DNA of 64,000 nucleotides from Candidatus Syntropharchaeum caldarium. GTDB lineage: Archaea > Halobacteriota > Syntropharchaeia > Syntropharchaeales > Syntropharchaeaceae. The translations under genes were made by a program, and so were the position numbers. Shown here one piece after another: positions 1 through 9,255 of the stretch (its first letter is position 1; every line of letters starts with the position of its first letter). Under the pieces are notes generated by a model that was given only the letters and a program-made list of their open reading frames with translations, was not told the origin of the DNA and did not search any database. The DNA is taken from the NCBI GenBank assembly GCA_001766815.1, contig LYOS01000001.1, positions 148,998-212,997 on the forward strand. Reading direction: 5' to 3'.

Positions 1-1023
1 CCGTGTGTTGCATACGGAAATGTATATGTGGGTTCATGGAACGGGGGGCACTATTACTGCTTGAATGACTCAACTGGAGAAATAAAATGGCAATTTCCTC
101 CAAAAGGTGAAAAGAAACTGGATCACGCACAATCAACACCAGCAGCACATAACGGAATGGTCTTCTTCGGTGATTTTACAGGCGGACCGAAATCAAAGGT
201 TTTTGCCGTTGATGGACTTACAGGTGAAGAGATATGGAATCAAACAGTTTCGTGGAGTGTCTGCGGCTCCGTTACGATTGCGCACAATAAGGTATACCTC
301 ATGACATATAATTTCTATGGTTCAGGAGAGTTTTATGCACTCAATGAAAATAACGGAAGCATTGTCTGGCAACATACGATTGCAAGGTCCGATTCTACAC
401 CGGCGCATGCGTATGGAAACATCTATGTCTGTGGTGGATGCCCAGGTTATGAGCGGTGTAGAACATACTGTCTGAATGATGCAGACGGAGGAAACGAGAC
501 CTGGAATGTGCCTGATTGGGGGATATGGACATATTCACCGATGGTTGCAGATAAGAAAGTATTTATTGGTAAAGCAGAGGGACCGGGGATGGACAGTATG
601 CTCCCAGCAGGGATGTCTGCTCGTAATGCCTTTACCGGAGAAGAGATATGGCGTTCAGATCTCGGCGGTGGTTCACCCGCGATTGTGCATGGGAGGGTAT
701 ATACCGTGGGGGGTGTTAATGCAACGGGCAGAGTTATCTGTTTCGGCTCTACAAACCAACCAGACCTCGAACTGAGTAATCTCACTACGGTTCCAAAGTC
801 AGATATCTATGTCGGTCAAAATGTTTCAATCAATGTGACACTCAGAAATATTGGCTCTGGTAACGCTTCTGCATTTAACGTTTCTTTACGAGTTAATGGT
901 GAGATAGAAGCGGAAAAAAGAATTGATGATGGACTTAATGTAAACGTTAGCATGCCTGTGAATTTCTCGTGGACTCCAGTAGAAGCTGGGGAGTATCTTA
1001 TCATCGTTGAAGCGGATTCGGAT
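1..1023. repeat. Copy A of an exact ~1.0 kb direct repeat (partner at 6282-7304); may extend upstream of the window
   Basis: Identical at every position compared by eye (1-60, 241-300, 481-540, 781-840, 961-1023 against offset +6281); first mismatch at 1024 vs 7305. Confidence 0.85.
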
Positions 1024-2130
1024 GATGAGATTGCTGAAACCGACGAGCTTAACAATACGTTGAGTGCGACCGTGGACGTGGTTGAAGCAGCAGGACCAAG
1101 TGTTACGGTTGATAGCCGTGATGTATCCCCTGGTGAGACGTTCACGATCAGTATAACCGTCGATCCGCAGGGTGAGGAGATTTACGGAGCACAGTATGAC
1201 CTTTACTTTGATCCAGCAATCTTGCAGGTTGTGAGCCAGACCGCGGGCGACTTCCTGACACAGGACGGTGCAAGCTCAATCGAAGTCGTGAACACGATCA
1301 ACAACACCCTTGGAAAGCTTGAGTACGGTGAGACACGGATGGGAGTGGAGAATGGCGTGACTCGGGCAGGCGTTCTCGCCACGATCGAATTCGAGGCTGT
1401 TGGAACCGGGTCAACCGGTCTCACGCTATCAAACGTGCTCTTAAGCGATCCAAGTGCACATGAGATTGGAGGAGTCGTGCTGAACGATGGAGCGGTCAAC
1501 GTAGCAGGGACGCCACCGCCGCCACCACCAGGTGGTGCGATCGTAACGATCCCTGACGTTGGAGCAACAGGAACGCTCACAGTCCCGATCAGAATCGAGA
1601 ACGTGACAGACGCAGGCGCAATCCATCTGACACTCACCTATGACCCTCGTGTTGTCATCGTATCAACTGCGTGCTGCAACTCAGACTTTGACACACTCTT
1701 TGCAAACATCGAGGATGCAGCAAGAGGATCTATTACCATCATCGCATACCAGACCCAAAACCCAGGTCTGAACGGCAATGTGCTCGTTGCAGACGTGACT
1801 TTCATGGCACTCGGCCCCATCGGATCATCGAGCACCCTTAACCTAGAGGTCACAACACTCACCGACGCAACACCAGAGTGCAACCCGATCCCCTACTCAG
1901 TCAGCAATGGAAGCTTCACGGTATTCTTAAACGGCGACGTGAACGGTGATGGCAGGGTCGATGCTGCAGACTGCATGTACCTTGCAAAACACCTGCTCGG
2001 GGTCTCAGGTTTTGAGACGATCGTTGAGGTTGCAGCAGATGTCAATGGTAACGGCGAGATCGAGGCATCAGACTGCATGTACCTTGCAAAGCATCTTGCA
2101 GGGATTGACGGATTTGAGGAGTTGAAGTAG
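1..2130 (+). CDS. Giant secreted surface protein, paralog 1 (5' end truncated by window edge): PQQ-like beta-propeller repeats, CARDB domain, two cohesin-like domains, PPPPPP linker, C-terminal dockerin
   Basis: Frame 1 is open from position 1 to TAG at 2128-2130. Repeated YxLNxxxGxxxWQ propeller-like motifs, CARDB-like NVSLRVNGE block, cohesin-like blocks (YDLYFDPAILQVV, LTLTYDPRVVIVS), dockerin duplicated loops DVNGDGRVDAADCMYLAKHLLG and DVNGNGEIEASDCMYLAKHLAG. Confidence 0.75.
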   Translation, partial: PCVAYGNVYVGSWNGGHYYCLNDSTGEIKWQFPPKGEKKLDHAQSTPAAHNGMVFFGDFTGGPKSKVFAVDGLTGEEIWNQTVSWSVCGSVTIAHNKVYLMTYNFYGSGEFYALNENNGSIVWQHTIARSDSTPAHAYGNIYVCGGCPGYERCRTYCLNDADGGNETWNVPDWGIWTYSPMVADKKVFIGKAEGPGMDSMLPAGMSARNAFTGEEIWRSDLGGGSPAIVHGRVYTVGGVNATGRVICFGSTNQPDLELSNLTTVPKSDIYVGQNVSINVTLRNIGSGNASAFNVSLRVNGEIEAEKRIDDGLNVNVSMPVNFSWTPVEAGEYLIIVEADSDDEIAETDELNNTLSATVDVVEAAGPSVTVDSRDVSPGETFTISITVDPQGEEIYGAQYDLYFDPAILQVVSQTAGDFLTQDGASSIEVVNTINNTLGKLEYGETRMGVENGVTRAGVLATIEFEAVGTGSTGLTLSNVLLSDPSAHEIGGVVLNDGAVNVAGTPPPPPPGGAIVTIPDVGATGTLTVPIRIENVTDAGAIHLTLTYDPRVVIVSTACCNSDFDTLFANIEDAARGSITIIAYQTQNPGLNGNVLVADVTFMALGPIGSSSTLNLEVTTLTDATPECNPIPYSVSNGSFTVFLNGDVNGDGRVDAADCMYLAKHLLGVSGFETIVEVAADVNGNGEIEASDCMYLAKHLAGIDGFEELK

Positions 2131-2138
2131 AATAAGAA

Positions 2139-5100
2139 ATGGTGAAATGTGTGAGGCGATTGATAGCGGTATTTTTAATCTCGTTATTTATATTCCCGTT
2201 GGTATCTGCAGATCTCAGAAAGGATCTCACAGATAACCTCCCTCTAAGTGTAAGATCTCCTTCTGGTACTGAGACCCTGATCTGCGGTTACCTGTTTGAG
2301 AGGGGATCTACAGGCAGTGTAAGGATCACAAACCTCAACACCAGTTTAAGCTGGGATGCAAGGCTACTTGAGTCAGAGCCAGACTTCTACTACCTCTATC
2401 TCGATGAAATTGAGCTTAAAGCAGGAGATATGCTCAGGCTCAACGCAACCTCAGGTGATGAATCGGTCGTATTAATTCATACCGTAAACCAGAGTGAGAT
2501 CGATGAGCATCTGGTGTGGCTTGATATCATCGAGGATCTTGCGATAACAGAGATCACAATACCAAACAGAATTACAAAAGATATCAACACCACTATCCAC
2601 GCCGTAATTGAGAATATTGGACTGATACCAGTCGTTGTACCCTTCAATATTACATTCAGCGTTGATGGAGAACTCATAACTACTACCTCTTTTACAGAAG
2701 TTCCTTTAAACGCCAGTGAGAACTTTACCGTAGAATTTTATTGGACTCCTCTGGAATCCGGGATACACAACATCACAATCACTGTGGATCCGAATCATGA
2801 AATTATATCAGAGACGAATGAATCGAATAATCGAATGAAGAAAAGCGTGTCTGTTGCTGAACTACCTTCGTTTTATGTGCCACTGGACTTTCCCACGATT
2901 CAAGATGCGGTGGATAATGTAACAATTAACGGAACCACGATTTATGTCGCAAGCGGCACGTATAACGAGAATATAATGATTCAAAAGCAGATCACACTTC
3001 TGGGAGCGGATATGAATGATACAATCATAGACGGAGGTGGGAACGATACATTAAGGCTTTTTGCGAATAATTGTGTCATCAGAGGTTTTTCGATAATTAA
3101 TGGGAGCACAGGTATAAAGATCGAATCCAATGGCAATAAAATCTTTGAAAATTGGATTTATAACAACTCCTGCGGCGTAAATATCACCGGATTAAATAAT
3201 ACCGTTTATCATAATAATCTGAATAATGTTCAGAACGGATTTGATACCGGTAATAGTTCGTGGGACGATGGAAGGGAAGGAAACTACTGGAGCGATTGTA
3301 CCGGCGATGATTTCGATCTCAATGGGATTGTAGACACGCCTTATGAATGCGGGTGGGTAACGGATCGATATCCTTTAGTTTCTCCATATGTACTGCACAG
3401 AGACCCGGCAATCGCGTATCTCACTGTCCCCACATCTATTTATGTGAATGAAACGAATACTATCTTTGTGGGCATTGCCAATTACGGCACTTCAGAAGTG
3501 GCAAGCAATCTCTCACTCAAACTCGGTGGCACTATTCTGAACATGACGATTTCTCTACCATATAAGAGCATAAACGCTGTTTATTTCTGCGTGACTCCGA
3601 ACCAGATGGGGACAATAAACCTAACAGCGGAGATAGAGGCATGCAATGAAGATTCAAATAGAGCAAACAACCGGATGAGCGTGAATGTTACGGTAATTCC
3701 TTCGCCTTTTAAGCGCCTTTACAATTTTGATAACGAAACAACTATGGCGGAATATTATAAATATCAACTTCCTGAAAGCAGAACGAATGCTCTGGATTAC
3801 TTAGCAATGCAGCAGAATTCTGACGGCGGCATCGGTCAGGGTGGCTATTCGACAGATCTGGCTATTATAGCGGTATCATCTGCTGGAGAGAATCCGCAGG
3901 AGTTTGCGAGACTGAATTCGTCGCTTACAGATTATTTAAAAGCGCATCCGCCTCAGCATGACCTGACTTTAATATCTCGCTATGTGCTTGCGATTATCGC
4001 TTCTGGTGAGAATCCGCGTGATTTTGGTGGTAAAAACTATCTTGCGATGATTCAATCATTCTTCGATGGAGAACAGTTTGGAATTGAGAAGAATATCGTG
4101 GATGATGCGTGGGCTGTGCTTGCACTTACCGGAGCAGGATATGGCAATGACACAGAAATTATGCGAACTGAAAGGAATTATATTCTCAGGTGTCAGAATG
4201 AGAGTGATGGCGGATGGCCGTATTTTGAGAATGGAACGAGCTCAATCGATGTAACTGCGATAGCATTAGAAGCTCTGGTTGCTTCTGGTATAGCTGTGGA
4301 TAATAGTTCGATACAGAATGGCACGAAATATTTGGAAAAAAATCTTGTGAAGAATCAATGGGAAGAGGGGATGGGGCAGACAGACCCACTGCCAGAATCC
4401 AATCTGAAAAATTATGCTCATTCAGTCCAGGCAATCGTTGCTGTTGGAGGGAATCCGATAGATGGAAGCTGGGATTATTCGCAGAGTGCAGCTACATACT
4501 ACGGGATTGAAAACCCATACAACCCGCTACTTCTGCTCTTGGGACTCGAAGAGAAGTCGGGCGATTTTGAAGGTGGATTCGCGTTCACATTTAAAGATTC
4601 TTATCCCGAACCTAAATGGACATCAATGGCACTCCCCTCGCTGTTCGCAAAGCCATATCCTTCGATGTGCACGTATAGCCGGGTGCTATCAGACATAAAG
4701 CCCATTCATATAGGGACACGGGCTTGCTACACCAATGTTACAAATATTATCAATGCAACAATCAAGAACAACGGCGGGATATTCAACGTGAGTCTTCTTG
4801 TGGATGGTGCCGAGGTTGACCGCGCGAGAATTGTGGAGACGAATTCAACTGCATTATCGCGGGTGGAATTCAGATGGCTGCCAGAGAAAGAAGGGGAATA
4901 TAACCTCACCGTTGTGGCAGATTCTGAGAATTCAATAGAAGAGAATAATGAGAGCAATAACTGCATCGGCCGCGTGGTCACTGTGACGAAGCCAGACCTG
5001 CACCCCAGGACAGAACTGCCAGCATTCTATGTCAATGTGACAAACAGAATAGAAACAGAAGTTTTAGGATACGGCGAGGGATTCAACGTATCGCTTCTTA

Positions 5101-8039
5101 TAAATGGAAGCGTTGTAGATAAAGCCGAGAATATCAGCTCTTATGGCTTTAATAAAACAACGTTATACTGGAAGCCAAACCAAACGGGTAACTACACTCT
5201 TAGACTCATCGCTGATTCGGAAAACGATGTATTTGAATCCGATGAGAAGAATAACACCATAGAAGAGAATGTCAGTGTAATACTGCCCGACCTATATCCT
5301 CAGAATATAAGCACTATGATACTGTACACCGATACCGAGAACATCATAGATGTCAGCATCAACGGCTCAGCAGAAGGATTTAACGCGACTTTATTTGCAA
5401 ACGGAACGATTGCAGATAAAATCGAGAACATTTCATCTTATAACGTGGCGAATATCAGTTTTTCGTGGAACCCCCTGCTGGCAGGTGTTTACAACCTCAC
5501 AGTGATGGTAGATGCTGATGATGAGATAGAAGAGACGAACGAAACGAACAACAATCTGAGTCGTATTGTAACCGTAGAGAATCGAGAAGCGCCATACATA
5601 AAACTACTCGCTCCGATAGGTGGTGAATGCTGGAGCGGTGTGCAGACGATAAAGTGGAGTGCAACCGACCCGAACGGCGATGAACTAATAATAAACATCA
5701 GCTACAGCCCGGATGCAGGAATAATGTGGCATCCAATTGCAAGCAATCTTGAGAACACAGGCTATTATAATTGGAGCACCGAGTACATGCTGGATGGATA
5801 TGATTATAAGGTAAAAGTAGAAGCATTTGATGGGAATTCTACCTCAGTGGATATCTCAAAAGATGTATTCACAATCTACAACAGGAGATCGTATGAGGGG
5901 GCACCAAGCTTCCATTATAATGCGGGTTTCTCACTCTCGGAAGCGCCGAATACGAATAAAACTGCGTGGATAACCGAAGATATTGGTGCATGCCCTTCCA
6001 CTTCTCTTATTGTTGCCGATGGTAAGGTCTTTGTCTACTGCTATGACAGTGTGAAGGCACTGGACGAATTAAATGGCAGCACAGACCTAAATGGCAGCAC
6101 AAAACCCATCTGGAGCACATCCATAGATAAGGCTGTTTATGGCTCGTGGGCGACTGCGGCATACTACGACGGATCGGTATTCATAGCTTCAGGAAATCAT
6201 GTTTACCGAATTAGTGCTAAAGATGGAAAGATAGAATGGAGGTTCCAATTCCCTGATGGGGGGTGCAGTGTGAATAGTGGTCCGTGTGTTGCATACGGAA
6301 ATGTATATGTGGGTTCATGGAACGGGGGGCACTATTACTGCTTGAATGACTCAACTGGAGAAATAAAATGGCAATTTCCTCCAAAAGGTGAAAAGAAACT
6401 GGATCACGCACAATCAACACCAGCAGCACATAACGGAATGGTCTTCTTCGGTGATTTTACAGGCGGACCGAAATCAAAGGTTTTTGCCGTTGATGGACTT
6501 ACAGGTGAAGAGATATGGAATCAAACAGTTTCGTGGAGTGTCTGCGGCTCCGTTACGATTGCGCACAATAAGGTATACCTCATGACATATAATTTCTATG
6601 GTTCAGGAGAGTTTTATGCACTCAATGAAAATAACGGAAGCATTGTCTGGCAACATACGATTGCAAGGTCCGATTCTACACCGGCGCATGCGTATGGAAA
6701 CATCTATGTCTGTGGTGGATGCCCAGGTTATGAGCGGTGTAGAACATACTGTCTGAATGATGCAGACGGAGGAAACGAGACCTGGAATGTGCCTGATTGG
6801 GGGATATGGACATATTCACCGATGGTTGCAGATAAGAAAGTATTTATTGGTAAAGCAGAGGGACCGGGGATGGACAGTATGCTCCCAGCAGGGATGTCTG
6901 CTCGTAATGCCTTTACCGGAGAAGAGATATGGCGTTCAGATCTCGGCGGTGGTTCACCCGCGATTGTGCATGGGAGGGTATATACCGTGGGGGGTGTTAA
7001 TGCAACGGGCAGAGTTATCTGTTTCGGCTCTACAAACCAACCAGACCTCGAACTGAGTAATCTCACTACGGTTCCAAAGTCAGATATCTATGTCGGTCAA
7101 AATGTTTCAATCAATGTGACACTCAGAAATATTGGCTCTGGTAACGCTTCTGCATTTAACGTTTCTTTACGAGTTAATGGTGAGATAGAAGCGGAAAAAA
7201 GAATTGATGATGGACTTAATGTAAACGTTAGCATGCCTGTGAATTTCTCGTGGACTCCAGTAGAAGCTGGGGAGTATCTTATCATCGTTGAAGCGGATTC
7301 GGATCACGAAATTACCGAGCAGGTTTCAATGCCAGACAATAATAAGGTTAGTAGACCATTAACGGTAAAAGAGTGGCTGGACTTGGCAGTGGAGGATATT
7401 GATTATTATCCAACGGAGGTTCACGTTGGGGATATTGTGAATATAACACCCTCTATTACGGCGGTAAACCTCGAAGGGGAAAGTGTTGGGGTTGAGTTTA
7501 AAGTTGATGATGAAAGTAAAGAGACAAAGAGAGGCGTAGTTAACGGAGAGCAGATAACTGTAAACTTCACATGGAATGCTTCGAGTCCTGGCGGGTATAA
7601 CCTGACGATAGTCGCCGATCCGGGTGGTGGGATAGATGAAGTTAACGAGACGAATAACGAGACGACAATAGTGGTGGAAGTGATGCCAACGCCAACACCA
7701 ACATCCACTCCAACTCCCGGCTTACCCCACGGTTATGGCGGTGGTGGAGGTGGTGGCTCCGGGATATTTGACTGGGGCGAGTTCTTCGGATCGGGTACAG
7801 GCAGTGAGGGCAATGAAACAGGTGAATTTACGATCCCGATAAATGAGACAGAATCTGTGATTGAAGAAGATTCATCGCGTGTGAATGGCTATCCAATGGG
7901 TGAGGAGACCGGAGGAAGTGCGGGCGGTGGAGGAAAGATCTCTTATATCTGGATCCTCATCGTAACCCTGACGCTTGCCCTTGTGATCTATGGTTACTGG
8001 CGAGAGTCGAGGTTTATCGGTAGGAGGAGGAGAAGATGA
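2139..8039 (+). CDS. Giant secreted, membrane-anchored surface protein, paralog 2 (1966 aa): signal peptide, multiple CARDB domains, parallel beta-helix, alpha/alpha-toroid (prenyltransferase-like) region, PQQ-like beta-propeller, C-terminal TP-rich and Gly-rich linker, TM helix, poly-Arg tail
   Basis: Single 5.9 kb ORF. N-terminal MVKCVRRLIAVFLISLFIFPLVSA signal-like segment; beta-helix motifs (TIYVASGTYNENIMIQKQITLLG, NNCVIRGFSIINGS); toroid-like repeats (QQNSDGGIGQGG, CQNESDGGWPYFENG); many NxS/T sequons; C-terminus TPTPTSTPTPG..GGGGGGGSG..ISYIWILIVTLTLALVIYGYWRESRFIGRRRRR. Confidence 0.8.
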   Translation: MVKCVRRLIAVFLISLFIFPLVSADLRKDLTDNLPLSVRSPSGTETLICGYLFERGSTGSVRITNLNTSLSWDARLLESEPDFYYLYLDEIELKAGDMLRLNATSGDESVVLIHTVNQSEIDEHLVWLDIIEDLAITEITIPNRITKDINTTIHAVIENIGLIPVVVPFNITFSVDGELITTTSFTEVPLNASENFTVEFYWTPLESGIHNITITVDPNHEIISETNESNNRMKKSVSVAELPSFYVPLDFPTIQDAVDNVTINGTTIYVASGTYNENIMIQKQITLLGADMNDTIIDGGGNDTLRLFANNCVIRGFSIINGSTGIKIESNGNKIFENWIYNNSCGVNITGLNNTVYHNNLNNVQNGFDTGNSSWDDGREGNYWSDCTGDDFDLNGIVDTPYECGWVTDRYPLVSPYVLHRDPAIAYLTVPTSIYVNETNTIFVGIANYGTSEVASNLSLKLGGTILNMTISLPYKSINAVYFCVTPNQMGTINLTAEIEACNEDSNRANNRMSVNVTVIPSPFKRLYNFDNETTMAEYYKYQLPESRTNALDYLAMQQNSDGGIGQGGYSTDLAIIAVSSAGENPQEFARLNSSLTDYLKAHPPQHDLTLISRYVLAIIASGENPRDFGGKNYLAMIQSFFDGEQFGIEKNIVDDAWAVLALTGAGYGNDTEIMRTERNYILRCQNESDGGWPYFENGTSSIDVTAIALEALVASGIAVDNSSIQNGTKYLEKNLVKNQWEEGMGQTDPLPESNLKNYAHSVQAIVAVGGNPIDGSWDYSQSAATYYGIENPYNPLLLLLGLEEKSGDFEGGFAFTFKDSYPEPKWTSMALPSLFAKPYPSMCTYSRVLSDIKPIHIGTRACYTNVTNIINATIKNNGGIFNVSLLVDGAEVDRARIVETNSTALSRVEFRWLPEKEGEYNLTVVADSENSIEENNESNNCIGRVVTVTKPDLHPRTELPAFYVNVTNRIETEVLGYGEGFNVSLLINGSVVDKAENISSYGFNKTTLYWKPNQTGNYTLRLIADSENDVFESDEKNNTIEENVSVILPDLYPQNISTMILYTDTENIIDVSINGSAEGFNATLFANGTIADKIENISSYNVANISFSWNPLLAGVYNLTVMVDADDEIEETNETNNNLSRIVTVENREAPYIKLLAPIGGECWSGVQTIKWSATDPNGDELIINISYSPDAGIMWHPIASNLENTGYYNWSTEYMLDGYDYKVKVEAFDGNSTSVDISKDVFTIYNRRSYEGAPSFHYNAGFSLSEAPNTNKTAWITEDIGACPSTSLIVADGKVFVYCYDSVKALDELNGSTDLNGSTKPIWSTSIDKAVYGSWATAAYYDGSVFIASGNHVYRISAKDGKIEWRFQFPDGGCSVNSGPCVAYGNVYVGSWNGGHYYCLNDSTGEIKWQFPPKGEKKLDHAQSTPAAHNGMVFFGDFTGGPKSKVFAVDGLTGEEIWNQTVSWSVCGSVTIAHNKVYLMTYNFYGSGEFYALNENNGSIVWQHTIARSDSTPAHAYGNIYVCGGCPGYERCRTYCLNDADGGNETWNVPDWGIWTYSPMVADKKVFIGKAEGPGMDSMLPAGMSARNAFTGEEIWRSDLGGGSPAIVHGRVYTVGGVNATGRVICFGSTNQPDLELSNLTTVPKSDIYVGQNVSINVTLRNIGSGNASAFNVSLRVNGEIEAEKRIDDGLNVNVSMPVNFSWTPVEAGEYLIIVEADSDHEITEQVSMPDNNKVSRPLTVKEWLDLAVEDIDYYPTEVHVGDIVNITPSITAVNLEGESVGVEFKVDDESKETKRGVVNGEQITVNFTWNASSPGGYNLTIVADPGGGIDEVNETNNETTIVVEVMPTPTPTSTPTPGLPHGYGGGGGGGSGIFDWGEFFGSGTGSEGNETGEFTIPINETESVIEEDSSRVNGYPMGEETGGSAGGGGKISYIWILIVTLTLALVIYGYWRESRFIGRRRRR
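6282..7304. repeat. Copy B of the exact ~1.0 kb direct repeat (partner at 1-1023), inside giant protein paralog 2
   Basis: See copy A; encodes the same PQQ-propeller/CARDB block in both paralogs. Confidence 0.85.
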
Positions 8040-8074
8040 TGAGTATCGACAGGGAAGAGAACACCTGTAGCTCA

Positions 8075-8266
8075 TCAGTAAGCCTCGTCGTGATGAACGA
8101 GCCTGTCGAAGATGAGAACCCTGAGATTCTTGAAACGATGGATCATCTCCTCGTCACAGGCAGAAATCTGGTTTATCTTCATTTGAACTCTTCTAAAAAA
8201 TGCCATGTCTTTCTTTTTGATCTTTATCATCGTTCGTTTGAGTTCGTCGGAGATGCAGATCTTCAT
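8075..8266 (-). CDS. Small hypothetical protein, possible ribbon-helix-helix-like DNA-binding protein
   Basis: 63 aa ORF; N-terminal KICISDELKRTM resembles the strand-helix start of RHH proteins and parallels the adjacent upstream ORF; the + strand ORF across this region is Ser-rich low complexity. Confidence 0.3.
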   Translation of the reverse strand: MKICISDELKRTMIKIKKKDMAFFRRVQMKINQISACDEEMIHRFKNLRVLIFDRLVHHDEAY

Positions 8267-8571
8267 AATTCATTGCACCATTTATCGAACTCTTCCAGGC
8301 TCATGGGCTTTCTCTTACCGGATTCAAGTTCTTTCAATACCTCCTCTGTAGATCTAACGACTTCCTTAGCCAGAGAATCTTTGACCTCCTTCTCATCATC
8401 CGGTATTTCAGATATTTCAGCAATTTTCCTTCCCATCTCAAGTTCTTCTATATCATGTAATCTTTCAGAGATAGCTTTTAATGCTACTGCTGGCCAATCA
8501 ACCCAATCTATTCTGGACATTCGCTCCTTCAGCTTGTCAGGTATCACAACCTTTATCTTTGCCATTCCCAT
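8263..8571 (-). CDS. Small hypothetical protein, ribbon-helix-helix-like (putative transcriptional regulator)
   Basis: 102 aa charged helical protein; N-terminal KIKVVIPDKLKERMSRI resembles the RHH beta-strand/helix motif; 4-nt overlap with the next small ORF; divergent from the ExbB-like gene. Confidence 0.4.
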   Translation of the reverse strand: MGMAKIKVVIPDKLKERMSRIDWVDWPAVALKAISERLHDIEELEMGRKIAEISEIPDDEKEVKDSLAKEVVRSTEEVLKELESGKRKPMSLEEFDKWCNEL

Positions 8572-8594
8572 CGCCTATGGCTATATCGGTCATT

Positions 8595-8608
8595 CGTTTA
8601 TAAATAGC
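8595..8608. promoter_or_regulatory. TATA-like element in the divergent intergenic region between the RHH-like gene and the ExbB-like gene
   Basis: cgtttataaatagc; an AAGGAGG Shine-Dalgarno-like motif follows at 8648-8654, a few nt before the ATG at 8659. Confidence 0.3.
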
Positions 8609-8658
8609 TTCTCACAGATGGAGAACTCAACGTTTACTGTTAAACAAAGGAGGAAAAT

Positions 8659-9255
8659 ATGATAGATATATTTGCAACGCTCCAGTCATCGATATACTAC
8701 ATCTCAACATACCTTCTGTATCCAGTGATCATTGCACTGCTTATCTGTGTTGGCTTCATCCTCGTTGACACAGGGTCTTTTCTCTACGAGATATACAGAA
8801 GAAAGAGGTTACACTTTGAGTTTGAGGATGAAGTTATCTCAGGCAGGTTTGTTGCGCTATTCATGAAAGAGCTTGAGCACATGGATCATGAAGATAGATA
8901 CTTTGATCTCAAGCTCCAGAAGCTCCTGAATGATATGGAGTATCTCATATCAAAGCGGCTTGAGCTGACGAAGCTCATATCAAGGATTGGTCCCATGTTC
9001 GGTCTTATGGGAACTTTAATCCCGATGGGACCTGCTTTGATAGGGCTTACTCACGGTGACATCGAGACCCTTGCAGATAACCTCATCATCGCATTCGGGA
9101 CAACAGTCGTGGGGCTTCTGGTCGGTGCGGTATCTTACTCGATCGCGATGGTCAGAACGCGCTGGTATGATCAGGAGATGGATGATATGGAGTTTGTATG
9201 TGAGATTGTGACGGGAGGTAGTCAGGATGAAATACATGAAGAAGAGAAGAGGTAA
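8659..9255 (+). CDS. MotA/TolQ/ExbB family proton-channel protein
   Basis: Signature region IGPMFGLMGTLIPMGPALIGLTHGDIETLADNLIIAFGTTVVGLLVGAVSYSIAMVRTRW matches the TolQ/ExbB conserved core; N-terminal TM helix. Confidence 0.7.
   Translation: MIDIFATLQSSIYYISTYLLYPVIIALLICVGFILVDTGSFLYEIYRRKRLHFEFEDEVISGRFVALFMKELEHMDHEDRYFDLKLQKLLNDMEYLISKRLELTKLISRIGPMFGLMGTLIPMGPALIGLTHGDIETLADNLIIAFGTTVVGLLVGAVSYSIAMVRTRWYDQEMDDMEFVCEIVTGGSQDEIHEEEKR

Noticed and set aside
447-785. 112-aa minus-strand ORF, duplicated at 6728-7066
   Set aside because: It appears twice only because it lies inside the 1 kb repeat and is antisense to the giant protein coding frame.
3730-4630. Alpha-2-macroglobulin-like thioester domain in the giant protein
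   Set aside because: The alpha/alpha-toroid region has no CGEQ thioester motif; more consistent with a prenyltransferase-like repeat fold.
8036-8662. 208-aa ORF on the + strand downstream of the giant gene
   Set aside because: Ser-rich low-complexity translation lying antisense to two better-looking small genes; treated as a shadow ORF.
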